Shown: piece by piece, positions 1 to 11,719 of the stretch | How positions within the stretch are numbered: position 1 is the stretch's first letter | Layout of the letters: each line of letters begins with the position of its first letter | NCBI GenBank assembly: GCA_001600815.1 | Contig: BCKZ01000020.1 | Span: 482,617-522,359 of the forward strand | From: Alloascoidea hylecoeti | Taxonomy: Eukaryota | Direction of reading: 5' to 3' | DNA: 39,743 nt | The notes under the pieces: model-generated | The model's input: the letters and a program-made list of their open reading frames with translations, nothing else | What the model was told of the DNA's origin: nothing | Database searches by the model: none | Translations under genes and position numbers: made by a program

Positions 1-409
1 ATATTGTTTGATTCGGAAATCCAATATCTATTGGAAATATCACAGGATCTATCTTTCTGTGTGATAATGTTAACCCCAAACTAAAGGAAGTTAAATATAA
101 TAAAACTATAAATTTAGAAAAAGGTTGTAAACATGAGTTCCTCACCATAAGTTTGTTAAATTAATATTATTGGAAATATATATCAATGATAATACAATAT
201 TTATATAGATTGAAGTTGAAAGTCTTCAAAGATTGATTAAAACATAATTAGTGGTTTCATGATGGTTTTTATGTTTTTCTAATAATATAATGTTGATGTT
301 TTCAGGTCCCCACAGATGATATCATTGAAATTAACATACACCCACACACCCATTTTTAAAAAATTCACCCTCTTTTGAGTCTGTTCTTAATATAAAAATA
401 AAAATAAAT

Positions 410-2014
410 ATGCAAACAGCAGCGAAAAATTTTGATTTTGAAACTGAGGCAAGTAAAGTAGTTGCATTTAGAGACCGTTTGCTGGAAAAAGCAAAGGGTG
501 TCAGATTCGGTAGTGATTTAAAAGTTCTTCAGGAGCGATATGAAAGACTACTGATTGAAAATCGACTTCGAAAATATCGATCAGAAAGACTGAAGGACTC
601 TCATTACAGACAAGAAGGTAGGTTAGATATGGTAACCCCTGAATATCGTGATTATCCTTATGTCGATCAAGATCGTGTTCAACAAGCTATTCACGAACCG
701 ATTAAATTTGGGCATGGTGGCAGGACTATGGAGCAACCAATCTACAATATCCCCCCTAAAGCCAAAAAAGTAATACAACCATATTCACCCATATCATATG
801 GACAAGCTGAGGATACCGCCCCTCGTAAAAACTCTAATACCCCAGTTATTGCCAATCAACCACCAGGTGTTGGAAAAAGAACTACAAATTCAACAACACT
901 ACCAGCAAAACCTGACATAAATAGAACTTCGAGTCCGGATGACAATAGTAGTCAGATACCAACTCCAAATATTGGGCTGAACAATCCCGGTAGTAGTATT
1001 TCTGCTCCTCCAACTCTTTCCATGCCACTTTCGAAATTGTTGGCATCCAATAATAATATTGATCAATCGGAAGAAAATACCGTCTTGAAACCTAATTTAG
1101 TAGCATCAGATAAGTCCATACCGCCTCTCAGTTCCAAGGCAGCATCCGTTGATAATGTTCACCCAATTCCTGATAACTCTACTGTTGGTCCAAAAATCAT
1201 ATTGATGGATGGGGGTAATAACAAACCTTTAAATGAAGATGAAACAATACTTGTTAATACAAGCGATTTTCAGCATGATGTAGCATCTCCCGATTGCCAC
1301 TTTCCCAATCCAAATATAACAAACAATCAACTAGTCCAAACCACGAGAAGTTACAGAGTCGATGAGCCTGATTCTGAAAATGTACTGAAGCGCAAAGTTG
1401 TTGATGATGGTTTTCAGGTAGAGTATAAAAGAAGAGCTTATGCAGATGGATATGATGCAGATTCTTTAAGAAGCAGATACTATGATGCCGAGGAACCTTA
1501 TGGAAGATTTTCATACGTACGACCGGAAACAGAAACAAGCCGTTATGAAGATCCTTATAGAAGGCTAGTGCCGCCTTCAGTTCCTTTTAGAGGAGAAAAT
1601 CCAATTCCACAATATGGAAGAGAGTACGAGCGCGATGAATGGAGATATAATAGTTACGGATCAAGAACAATTGAATCTAGGCCCTTTGAAGCTTATGATA
1701 GATCACGAATTCCTGTTGAATATGATCGTCCTCCACCAAATTACTATCCAGCTGAACCTCCGAAGGTAGGTTATCGCGATGAATATCCGTACCCACCACA
1801 AAGAGAGCCTTTGGGCTATAGAGAAGGTTATCGGCCACATATGCCACCGTCACCAATAATGAATAATAATTTTTTACCTCCAGACAGAAATGGCTACTAT
1901 AATTCTCATAGACCGGATCGTGAATATCCATATCCACCACCAAGTGGTCGTTTCAGAGAACCTGATAGATATAAAGATGTATATGGCTCGCCCTCATATG
2001 ATGATATGTATTAA
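410..2014 (+). CDS. Hypothetical protein, 534 aa: charged helical N-terminus, S/N/P-rich middle, Y/R/P/D-rich low-complexity C-terminus
   Basis: Long uninterrupted ORF with ATG in an A-rich context (aaataaatATG); no family motif recognised. Confidence 0.75.
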   Translation: MQTAAKNFDFETEASKVVAFRDRLLEKAKGVRFGSDLKVLQERYERLLIENRLRKYRSERLKDSHYRQEGRLDMVTPEYRDYPYVDQDRVQQAIHEPIKFGHGGRTMEQPIYNIPPKAKKVIQPYSPISYGQAEDTAPRKNSNTPVIANQPPGVGKRTTNSTTLPAKPDINRTSSPDDNSSQIPTPNIGLNNPGSSISAPPTLSMPLSKLLASNNNIDQSEENTVLKPNLVASDKSIPPLSSKAASVDNVHPIPDNSTVGPKIILMDGGNNKPLNEDETILVNTSDFQHDVASPDCHFPNPNITNNQLVQTTRSYRVDEPDSENVLKRKVVDDGFQVEYKRRAYADGYDADSLRSRYYDAEEPYGRFSYVRPETETSRYEDPYRRLVPPSVPFRGENPIPQYGREYERDEWRYNSYGSRTIESRPFEAYDRSRIPVEYDRPPPNYYPAEPPKVGYRDEYPYPPQREPLGYREGYRPHMPPSPIMNNNFLPPDRNGYYNSHRPDREYPYPPPSGRFREPDRYKDVYGSPSYDDMY

Positions 2015-2470
2015 ATAGTATAACCTTGTACTAAATATTTACTAGTTGGTATCTGTCAAATTCTCAATATTCAAGCACGGCGCGTCACGAATTTCTTTTT
2101 ACAAAACAGGCGGTCCAATTATAGATGCCAAGAATAGCAAACAATTCATTATGAACATTTATGAACCAATTTTTTACATACAATAAATACAAAGATGATT
2201 ATAAATAATTGCATATACACTTGTATGTGTATCATAATTTTACAAGAAATAATTTTTATTTTCTTTAATGTAGAATGAAAGCAATCAGATGTACGGGTGT
2301 ATATGCCAAACTTCACTTCTTTGTAGAAACTATTTTATATTTTTACTAAATCCGATTAGTGGTCAACTTCTTAATCCAAGAAAACAACTATTGTTCACGA
2401 CTTAAAGTAAAAATACGATAATAATCAGATATTTCTCCAATTTTTCAAGTCTCTAGGAATATTTTACACA

Positions 2471-3163
2471 ATGGAAGTTTCACCTGCTACCTTAGAGTTT
2501 TCTGCTCCATTCGTTGAGCCACAGTCATCCTATCTTACACTTACCAATAACACTTCAAAAATTTTAGCATATAAAATTAAGACAACTGCCCCAAAAACAT
2601 ATTATGTTCGTCCAAATGCTTTAACTGTAAATCCAGGTGAGAATATTAACGTTGCGGTTATGTTGCAGGGACTAGAGGCGGAACCAGCTGCAGATTTCAA
2701 ATGTCGTGATAAATTCCTCGTTGTTTCCATCCCAGTTTCTGGTGAGATCCCTCAAAATATCTCCGAATCTTGGTCTGAACTTGAAGCACGAACATCAGAA
2801 AAATCAGTTAGTACCAAAATTCATGTTGTTTACAATAAGAAAAAGAGACAAACAACAGCTGTACGGGCACCACCAGCATCTAAAGAAGCTAACGTCGTCC
2901 CATTGACTCCTCCACCAGCCAAAAACGATAAGTCACATGACTCTAAAATCGATTTCACTAATAATTCAGGATCTGGTACTTCAAGCAAAGTTAAATCTGT
3001 TCCGGCTAGCTCTTCAAAATCGCCTATTAGTATAATTTTATCATTGATTGTTCTTATTATTGCCATAGCTGGTGGTGCAGGTTTTACTGGTTATTTAGGT
3101 GATGATGTACAACAGCAAATTCAACAGCAAGTTAAGCAAATTCAACAACAACTTAATTTATAG
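2471..3163 (+). CDS. SCS2: VAMP-associated protein (VAP, MSP domain), ER membrane contact-site adaptor, Scs2/Scs22 family
   Basis: VAP consensus AYKIKTTAPKTYYVRPN and FKCRDKFLV; C-terminal hydrophobic segment IILSLIVLIIAIAGG. Confidence 0.9.
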   Translation: MEVSPATLEFSAPFVEPQSSYLTLTNNTSKILAYKIKTTAPKTYYVRPNALTVNPGENINVAVMLQGLEAEPAADFKCRDKFLVVSIPVSGEIPQNISESWSELEARTSEKSVSTKIHVVYNKKKRQTTAVRAPPASKEANVVPLTPPPAKNDKSHDSKIDFTNNSGSGTSSKVKSVPASSSKSPISIILSLIVLIIAIAGGAGFTGYLGDDVQQQIQQQVKQIQQQLNL

Positions 3164-3839
3164 TTTTTCTAAATTATTGAAATAATCTATTGAAGTTGAA
3201 ATCTCTTACTGCATTTTTAACTAGCTTGTTTTTGTCTTTTATATATTGTCTGTACAATAAATTATAATATAATGTCATATCAGATAGAGAGTTTTAATTT
3301 CCAATTATAATTTATAGATATCTATATTAAATTTGAAAATTTTAAATTCAATTTGAGATTGATTTTGAACTTTTGCAATTGATATACCAAGCAACAAAAG
3401 AAATATATTTTGCCTTTTTATAAATTGTCAGATTGTAGTAGCAATTGAGATATTATATATGCAGTTGGTATTGATTATGTATTGATTTTGCTATTCTATT
3501 CTTCGCATTATCTTCTAATCATATTGAGCAAATTGTGCTATTGTACCAGTTAGCTTTTATCTCAATTGCAATACTGTAATACATGTAATATCTCTCTTCT
3601 AAGTTTGAGGATTTTGAGGTCTACTAAATATTGTGACTAATTATAATTTATTGACTTCTCTACATTTGCTATGAGCCTATTACTGTCTAAAAGTATTCAT
3701 TTTTAATTATATTTACCTGAAGTCGCGCTCATGTAATATTCTCACATTTATTAGCTTCCGTCCTTGTTTTAAGATTGCTGTAACTATAACAACTAATATG
3801 AGATTTGAGATGATCGTTGAACTTGAATCTGCCACGTTA

Positions 3840-4689
3840 TATAGTCATTCTACTTAATTCCGACCATTTTGGAACTAAAACCATAACACGTGATGTGCGA
3901 ATGCAGGAACACGTGATATACTAAATATTCGGCCATGCTGACTACAAATTATCCGCCACCGCTTCACTAATTTTGGATTTCGAAACAGTTGTTGACGATA
4001 CTACCAAGATGGTTAGCGATATCACCGACAAAAACAAGGGAGATACAGTGGCTGCTATTCCAGCAAAAAGAAGAAACAATCATAGGAAATGTACAGAAAA
4101 AGATACTGCCGAGTTGGTTGCAATTGATGATAGCAACGATACAAAGGAAAGCGACGACAAAAATACAACAACCACCCCTCAAAGAAAACGAAGACGCAAC
4201 TACAGGAAATATACTGCAAAAGATGAAGAAGATGTATTTAATCTTGTTCACAATCAGTTATACAGCGCCCGAGGTGCTGCGAGTCGCTTAGGACTTCCAC
4301 CGTCAACTGTAAAGGGGTGGCTCAAGAAAGAGAGGGATGATGAAAATGCTGCTTTCGATGACAAATTGGGATCTCGAGTTGTTGGAAGACCCAAAGGAAG
4401 GCCATTCAAATTAACTCCTGAGCATGACGAGTTTTTGAAACAAATTATTGAAAAAGATCCTACAGTTACTTTAAAAGAGATGCAAGATAAGTTGATGAAA
4501 GCTTTCGAAGGTCTTACTATTTCAAAGAGCGGTCTAAGCAAACATTTAAAAGCAACCTGCGGAATGTCGTTGAAAAGGGCCAACGGGGTGGCCGAATATG
4601 TGGATGATCACGTGCCAGAAGCTTAGTAGTGTTTCGGGTGGCCGGATATTTAGTTCAAAGGGTGGGTGAAATTAAGTGGATTGGGTGTG
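3840..4689 (+). mobile_element. Non-autonomous Tc1/mariner-IS630 superfamily DNA transposon (850 bp, internally deleted)
   Basis: Imperfect ~40-bp terminal inverted repeats (3840-3879 and 4649-4689) flanked by TA at 3838-3839 and 4690-4691. Inner inverted repeats: ACTAAATATTCGGCCA 3920-3935 vs 4639-4654 (15/16) and 4589-4599 (11/11). Encloses an HTH transposase ORF. Confidence 0.8.
4009..4626 (+). CDS. Truncated Tc1/IS630-like transposase (DNA-binding HTH domains only, no DDE domain)
   Basis: HTH 'SARGAASRLGLPPSTVKGW', GRP linker 'GRPKGRPFKLT', second HTH 'DPTVTLKEMQ...TISKSGLSKHLK..CGMSLKR'. The ORF runs into the right-end repeats where the DDE domain should start. First ATG is 4009; the frame is open from TTG at 3973. 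Confidence 0.8.
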   Translation: MVSDITDKNKGDTVAAIPAKRRNNHRKCTEKDTAELVAIDDSNDTKESDDKNTTTTPQRKRRRNYRKYTAKDEEDVFNLVHNQLYSARGAASRLGLPPSTVKGWLKKERDDENAAFDDKLGSRVVGRPKGRPFKLTPEHDEFLKQIIEKDPTVTLKEMQDKLMKAFEGLTISKSGLSKHLKATCGMSLKRANGVAEYVDDHVPEA

Positions 4690-4808
4690 TATGGGAAATA
4701 CGGAGAATATTAATATACCTTTACGATTGATTAAAATTGATTCACACTATATAACTATACTATAATTCTAATCGTTATATATTCAGTCAGTACCGTAACG
4801 GATGTTCA

Positions 4809-5154
4809 GTCACCACAGAATCCGAGTCCGAAAGAGTAAGCTATATGTTCGACCACAGTCAATCAAAGGCTTTCGAACCTCAAATAATTTATAAACTGAG
4901 GAAGTCTGGGGCTTTAAGTATTATGGTATGTACTGAAAATTTGAAAGCTCAGCATACTTCACTCTATACGGTATAGACTGATAATTAGGGTTCTTAATAC
5001 TACGGAACCCTGCCTTGTAATTGTAGAATGACATCTACACTAAATACTAAACTTAAGGTATCATTTTATAGACTAGGAATTTAAGGGCTTGTAGAGTACT
5101 CAGTGACTACTTAATAATAATTATGATATCGCCGTTTATATTTGGAGTGGTGAC
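4809..5154 (+). ncRNA. Candidate structured non-coding RNA or element of unknown family
   Basis: Nested complementary segments: 4809-4816/5147-5154, 4821-4827/5140-5146, 4867-4872/4902-4907, 4878-4882/4897-4901, 4914-4920/5108-5114, 4964-4969/4971-4976, 4987-4993/5005-5011, 5022-5027/5034-5039. G-U pairs favour the + strand. Confidence 0.35.
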
Positions 5155-6390
5155 CTAGATTTATTTGCAAAACCTTTTCCATATTATTATCCACTTCTAA
5201 ATAGAACAAAACATTATCATGAATGAGAAAACTAAATTTCAAATGCTATCAATAATGACCATACTGTTACGAAGGCCAACAAAGTGACGGGATACCGGTA
5301 TATCTTCATATGAGAACTTTGCACCTTTTTACGGTTGTACCAAGACTTTGCATTTAATAGTTTTGAATAGGTTGGCAATGACAGTGTTATTATCTTTCAA
5401 TTATTTCAATTGTTTGTCCGCTGTACACGGATAAAGTTGATGTGAAAACTTCATTTGGGTTATCATTTGTTAGGATTGATTTGAAAGATTCTTTCCAGGC
5501 AATGGAATGAGAATGGTTATTGATGGTGGATTTAGCTGATCTAGGCGCAGAAGCACCGCTGCCATTGGAGCTACACATTTAAGATATTTAGTTTTAGTAC
5601 CAAGGCATAATAATGTATCTGACAATTCAACATTATCTAAATCTGATATATCCAACCATATGGATAGTTATAGCCTTAATCACACAGACTCTGATATTGT
5701 CAAAGAAATTAAAGGAATCCGAGACGAACTTAGTGTGAAAAAAAATTATATCTAAAAATCATTTAAATGATACTCCATTTGAGAAGGAAAGTATTTAATT
5801 TACAATCATCAACTTGTTTAAGAGATTTTACTATTTCTCTCATACTAATAATCATGAAATACATAATAATTATTACAATATTTAGGGAAGTAAGTTTAAA
5901 TAGCTTTCTAGATAATATTTTCGTTTATTCATTTGCATATTGTAAATTTATTACATACTTAAATTCATACAATATTAATCATTAGTAACGTTAACTTTAG
6001 CACGAAAACGATTATATATAACAAATAGTACGGGAAAGAATTACCGATGTACGAATAGTTAAATTAAATCTATACTATAAGTTAATAAAAAAACACAAAA
6101 ATACAAAAATAAATAAATAACAAAGAGTTATAGTTGTTCTTGGAGGGAATGAAAATTTTCATTGTTGATCAATAATATATAAAATATAAGTGAAATTTTA
6201 TGTAGAACATAATATAATATAATAATCAATATCAAATTTAAGTGATTTAACCACAATACCTCTTTTGTAACTGTTTAAACAATATTACAATTGTAACGTT
6301 AACATCGAATATGAGTTATATTTGTGTAATATAATACCATTGCTAGTTATAATTAATATTGTCATTATTTGTCACAATTATAATAATATA

Positions 6391-7482
6391 TCAATCGTGA
6401 TTGGATATCTTTAGCTGAATATTTGATAATCTTTTTAATTCATTATTCAAGTAAGCATTCTCATCATACATATTTTTATTAACTTCTTTCAAGTGTAAGA
6501 TATAATCTGTTGCTTTATCTAATATAGCACTTTTATTAAGTTTTGTAGAGTTATCAATTGGTATACCATCATTATAATTTATATTTTTATTAGCTCTAGG
6601 TTTTTCTATTTTTACCTCATCATGGCTAGTGCTAAATTTAAAAGCAGTTGGTTCAGATTCTAGCCATGGAATTATATCCTTTAAGCCTGCAATTTTGTCA
6701 TTAATACTTGTTCGATATCGTTTTTCGATTGTATTATGTGCTTGTTTTTGATTTTGTGTTAAACGTTTTCTTGGTGCTCTCTTTTTCTTAGGTTTGGGAT
6801 TTTTATTCTTTTTATGATTGTAAATTGTTTTTGCTTCAATTTTTGGTTTGCTTATACGATTAGTTGATGTTGACGATAACTGATAAATATAATGATCATT
6901 GGCGCTAATAGGTATGTTGATTGTTGAAGATTCATACAATAAAGGGTCCGGAGTGGGAACATCTAAAGGTGAGGGAAAAGCTTCAAAGACAGAATCGGAA
7001 TTCACGGGATTCTCCTGGGACTTGTCCAACTCTTTACTTCTTATTAAAGGAATTGAAGTGAAACTGTTTGATAACTTAATTGGAACATCAACTAGAGATT
7101 TATGGGAGTGTCTTTTCACAATAATTGTCGATCTCGTATTCGGCTTTTCAAGCAAATAATCGGGAACCAACTCAAATTTGCAATTGCGGAACAATGACGA
7201 CTCTGTATATTTGTTAGTGATTGATCCATTTTCACGAAATAAACCCACATTTGGTATCATTTGATCTCCGATTGTATCTATCGAGCTTGTGTTATATTCT
7301 TTCGATCTCTGATTATAAGTACCATGGCCAGTTTCAGAGGTCTCAGCTGCAGACTCATTATCGATACTAGTTGAATACTTAAAATAATCAATGACAAAAT
7401 CACAAGCACTAAAACCGAACAATGAATTGGCGTTATCAGCTTCTGGAGTTATAATTCCCGAATGAGGAGTTTCTGATTTCAT
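6391..7482 (-). CDS. SREBP-type bHLH transcription factor (Tye7/Hms1/Cph2-like, no transmembrane domain)
   Basis: C-terminal bHLH 'QKQAHNTIEKRYRTSINDKI...KLNKSAILDKATDYILHLK' with the SREBP-diagnostic Tyr in the basic region, followed by a zipper. Confidence 0.88.
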   Translation of the reverse strand: MKSETPHSGIITPEADNANSLFGFSACDFVIDYFKYSTSIDNESAAETSETGHGTYNQRSKEYNTSSIDTIGDQMIPNVGLFRENGSITNKYTESSLFRNCKFELVPDYLLEKPNTRSTIIVKRHSHKSLVDVPIKLSNSFTSIPLIRSKELDKSQENPVNSDSVFEAFPSPLDVPTPDPLLYESSTINIPISANDHYIYQLSSTSTNRISKPKIEAKTIYNHKKNKNPKPKKKRAPRKRLTQNQKQAHNTIEKRYRTSINDKIAGLKDIIPWLESEPTAFKFSTSHDEVKIEKPRANKNINYNDGIPIDNSTKLNKSAILDKATDYILHLKEVNKNMYDENAYLNNELKRLSNIQLKISNHD

Positions 7483-9848
7483 TTTTATAGAATCTTGAAG
7501 TAATTGGTGGACGATTCAAGAATTAAATAGAAAGTAGATAATAAGATAAGACTAATTAATATTATTTAATGATTGAGAGATTAACTAGTGTCCATGTACT
7601 GTTATTTATATTTGATTACATATACATGCATATATTTCATTGCAAACGGTTATTCTTTATTCATTGCAATTACTTTTAACCATGACGCAATCCAATATAA
7701 GTGCGGAGCAAGCCAAACAATGGTCTATCTATTCCATAATTCTTAAGTTTGCGATGAAGCTCGAACAGAAAGTGTTGGCGTTTCAAACCATAGCTTTGGT
7801 GGCATAATTATAAGTTACGGGAAAGAGCGTACACCACTACGGTTTGCTTATATGCATACAATTGTACAAGAATAAGTCTGAATAATACATAAGAATATTT
7901 ACTAAACCTGGGTTAGTATTAAGTAAACACGTATTACTGCTAGCATCTACATATGAGTATACTTCAAACACGGGTCTACAACAGACATGTAGTAGTAGCG
8001 ACTAGAATATACTGGAAGGCCACGTGCTTAAGTCAATTCCTATTATTCCATAGGACTCGGCGGCTGAGCACAAACGGTCCCAACAATGGGGAATCGATTA
8101 ATCTACAAGGCAAAAGGAGAATTCATGATGAAATTTAAACGGTTCTCTTTGGCTTCCGGCAGAACGGAACACCAAATAACGAGTTGATATTATATGGCCA
8201 AAGGCAATTACTATGATTTCTATTTTTTCATCACAATCGCGAGAAATCCATGGCTCATCACTTATTAGCAGATATGATCGGTTTCATCCTATTTATTCAC
8301 TCTCATGTAAGGTTTAAGTACTATTTAGTTAATAGATGAGGAAGGCATGTAATCAAATTGAAATAAATGATTGCTTAGAACTAAAAAGTCAAGCAATTAT
8401 AATGAATTGAAAAACAAACCATGAACGATTTTCATTATAATTGAGTATTAGATCTGAACTATGCAGGGAAATGCTTATAATTAATATATATTTTTGATAA
8501 TTATATATATTCTGAATCTAAATTTAAACCTCCTTCCGACTGAAATCTTTTTTTTTCGGAATCATAATTAACCGATAAATACACTTATAAAAAAAATGAT
8601 ACTACTATTTAATTGCTCAATTACAAGGTCTCAAATACCGGTGATTTCCTTTTATGATTGTATGTTAAAAGCTTTTTGGCAATTGAGATTTTCTATGATA
8701 AGAAAATTGAGTTTGTAATTCATGATGATGATGATGTTATAAATTATAATTATTCTAATAATTGCAATTGATCAATATAATTCCTTTTAGAATGGTTCTT
8801 AGGGGTGCCCGATAAAAAAAGCGCAACCATGGATTTAACCCGGATGTATAGGTAAAAAAACATTTGGTATAATTATGAGTATTCAACTAATAATATGTGT
8901 AACATTGTTTAATATAAGTCACGATCAATTTATTCAGATTAATAATAAATTATTCTTTTGAGATAGATACATAATGCAATTGGAATAATTTTACCGGTTG
9001 AACCGTCAAATGCATCATCTCATGTCCTATTGCACATATACATTTGAATTGAGGTATTCGTGTGGGTAAATGTTTGATGTTATCGAATTCATAGTGATTG
9101 AAAAAGTCAGATCTTATATGTGTAGAATGGAGTTATGGAGTAAGTAAGCTATGCTATATAGTCTTTGTATTGAAGAACTTCTAGAATTTTGCTGCTCTTT
9201 CTACTTTTCCCAAATTTATATTGAAACTTTTCTAAGTCTACTCTTAAGCTTTAATTTCTGTATCTTTCCAGTAGTCTCTCCTGAGACCGTAGTCTTTCCC
9301 GTAGTCAGAAGGAATTTGAACATATTATTTTTCAAAACTTTTAAGTTATGCTGGCAACCTAGTTTAGTATGACTAAGTTATTCAGGAGAGAAGATTACCA
9401 TGATTCTTGTATCTAGAGCTTTCAATTGAACTTTTGGAAGGAAGCAAGTTGAACTTTTTTTTTTTTTAACAAACTTCAAAAATGTAATCATTTATTAATT
9501 TATTTAATCAGAATTAATTAGCATATGTTATGAAATATTATATTATGTTATCATATATGATGATGATTTTCAATCGTATATTTAAGGTTTACGATAGATA
9601 AATTTACTATTCTAGGATATTTTATGCGGACGGTTCTTGGAGATTCATCTTCCCCCTCCCTCGGTTCGGAGAAATGGAAAATAACATTAAACAAAGAAGC
9701 GAAAGCTAATAGTATTTCTTTTAAATTTTAAAATGTCAAACTTCCAATTTCATTTCATATTTCATCAAAATATCATTTTCATTTTCATTTTCGTAAAATT
9801 ATCTATACAATCAATATAAATCTATAAATCTTATATATTAATTAAAAT

Positions 9849-11447
9849 TTACTCTCTTGTAATTCCAATTCTGACAGCTTTAACTTGTGTATAATTATCT
9901 AAAGCTTCTTGACCCATTTCTCTACCAATACCAGATTGATTAAAACCACCAAATGGAACTTGATGATGGAAATCATTATAAGTATTAACCCAAACAGTAC
10001 CTGCAACAAGTCTTGCTGCAACATCATGAGCTTTATTAACATCAGTTGTATGAATACCAGCGGCTAAACCATATTCAGAATCATTTGCTTTTGCAATAAC
10101 TTCATCAGTTGTTTTAAATTTAGAAATTGTAACAACTGGTCCAAAGATTTCTTCTTTAACAATCTTCATATCTTCTTTAACATCAGCAAAAATAGTTGGT
10201 TTAACGAAATAACCTTTATTACCAACTCTTTCACCACCAGCAACAAGTGTTGCACCTTCTTCTTTACCAATTTCAATATAACCTAAAATCTTATCAAGTT
10301 GTTGTTGAGAAGTTTGAGCACCTTGGAAAGTATCTGGATTAAATGGATCACCAACAATAACTTTATCAGTTTGTTCTTGAAATTCTTTTAATACAGCATC
10401 ATAAACATCTTCTTGAACATAAACTCTTGAACCAGCACAACAAACTTCACCAGAATTATAAAAAATACCTAATATAACATTTCTAACCGATTTAACAATA
10501 TCAGCATCATTAAAAATAATATTTGGAGATTTACCACCTAATTCTAAAGTAATTTTTTTTAAATTTGAATTTGCAGCCGATCTCATAATATGTCTACCAG
10601 TTGCAGTTGAACCGGTAAAAGCAACTTTTTTAACCTTCATATGAGAAGCTAAATGTTCACCAGCAATTCTACCAAAACCAGAAACAATGTTATGAACACC
10701 TGCTGGGATACCGGCTTCTTTAACCAATTTAGAAACGTATAAAGCAGATAATGGAGTAGATTCAGCAGTTTTTAAAACAACAGTATTACCAGTTGCTAAA
10801 GCAGGACCAACTTTCCAAGACCACATTAAAAGAGGGAAATTCCATGGAATAATTTGTCCACAAACACCGAGGGGTTCTCTTCTTGTATAATTGAAATGAC
10901 CTGGATCAGTTTCAATAACACTTCCAAAAAGTTTATCAGCATAGCCACCATAATTTCTAATACAATTTGCAGCCAAAGCAACATCACCTCTTGCCAATTG
11001 GATTGCTTTACCATTATCCAAAGATTCTATATAAGCCAAAGTTTCAAGATCTCTTTCAATTAAATCAGCCAATTTATTTAAGAGTTTACCTCTAACATCA
11101 GGAGCAGTTTCTTTCCAAACAGTATTATAAGCAATTTCAGCAGCATTAACAGCAGCATCAACATCTTCTTCTCTTGCTTCATAAACATGAGTAATTTCTT
11201 CTTCAGTTGCAGGGTTTAAAACAGCAAAAGTTTTACCTTGTTTTGAAGGAATAAATTCATTATTAATAAACAGACCGGTTGGTTGTTCATAAGCACCAGA
11301 TGGCAAATCAATTGAAACCGATAATGGTAATTTATTTAAGAAAACAGAAGAAATTGAGAAAGATCTTTTATTTAAAGTAGCGGACAAGAAAGTTGAGCGG
11401 GATTTAAAAGAAGATCTTACAGAAGATCTGAGAGTAGAATTGAGCAT
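9849..11447 (-). CDS. ALD5: Mitochondrial NAD(P)+-dependent aldehyde dehydrogenase (Ald4/Ald5 type)
   Basis: Motifs [20 protein letters not shown], catalytic Cys in [16 protein letters not shown]; Arg/Ser-rich N-terminal presequence. ALD4 vs ALD5 orthology is not resolvable by eye. Confidence 0.93.
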   Translation of the reverse strand: MLNSTLRSSVRSSFKSRSTFLSATLNKRSFSISSVFLNKLPLSVSIDLPSGAYEQPTGLFINNEFIPSKQGKTFAVLNPATEEEITHVYEAREEDVDAAVNAAEIAYNTVWKETAPDVRGKLLNKLADLIERDLETLAYIESLDNGKAIQLARGDVALAANCIRNYGGYADKLFGSVIETDPGHFNYTRREPLGVCGQIIPWNFPLLMWSWKVGPALATGNTVVLKTAESTPLSALYVSKLVKEAGIPAGVHNIVSGFGRIAGEHLASHMKVKKVAFTGSTATGRHIMRSAANSNLKKITLELGGKSPNIIFNDADIVKSVRNVILGIFYNSGEVCCAGSRVYVQEDVYDAVLKEFQEQTDKVIVGDPFNPDTFQGAQTSQQQLDKILGYIEIGKEEGATLVAGGERVGNKGYFVKPTIFADVKEDMKIVKEEIFGPVVTISKFKTTDEVIAKANDSEYGLAAGIHTTDVNKAHDVAARLVAGTVWVNTYNDFHHQVPFGGFNQSGIGREMGQEALDNYTQVKAVRIGITRE

Positions 11448-11719
11448 CTTTTATTTTGTGAATGGAAGGATTGAACTGATTGACGGGAAGGAAAGACGGA
11501 GAATCAAACCTTTTTATAGTCTGGCAGGAAAATGAGGGTCTGCAAGAAGTATCCGAATACGGTAATTAGTACCCTTTCTTAGTAATGCCCCACTAACCCA
11601 TTGGGCTGCAGGTACACGTACAGAGAGGGGAAGTTAGATTAATTGTTTTTGTCTAGGAATATATTATTTGGGTGTCAATGGGGAAATGGAACATTTAAAA
11701 CTTTTAAAACATTTATTGA

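Noticed and set aside
5050..5075. U3 box A-like AGGTATCATTTTATAG
   Set aside because: No convincing A', C', B, C or D boxes in the expected places.
5390..5655. Minus-strand ORFs with subtilisin-like 'GASAP'/'APMAA' strings
   Set aside because: No GTS catalytic motif or other subtilase blocks; the + strand looks more coding-like.
4690..5760. Fanzor/TnpB nuclease plus omega RNA next to the Tc1 element
   Set aside because: No RuvC or zinc-finger motifs recognised in the frames I read, and the structured block lies outside the TIRs.
9385..9402. U6-like AGAGAAGATTACCATG
   Set aside because: Lacks the ACAGAGA box and AGC triad, and the flanks do not resemble U6.
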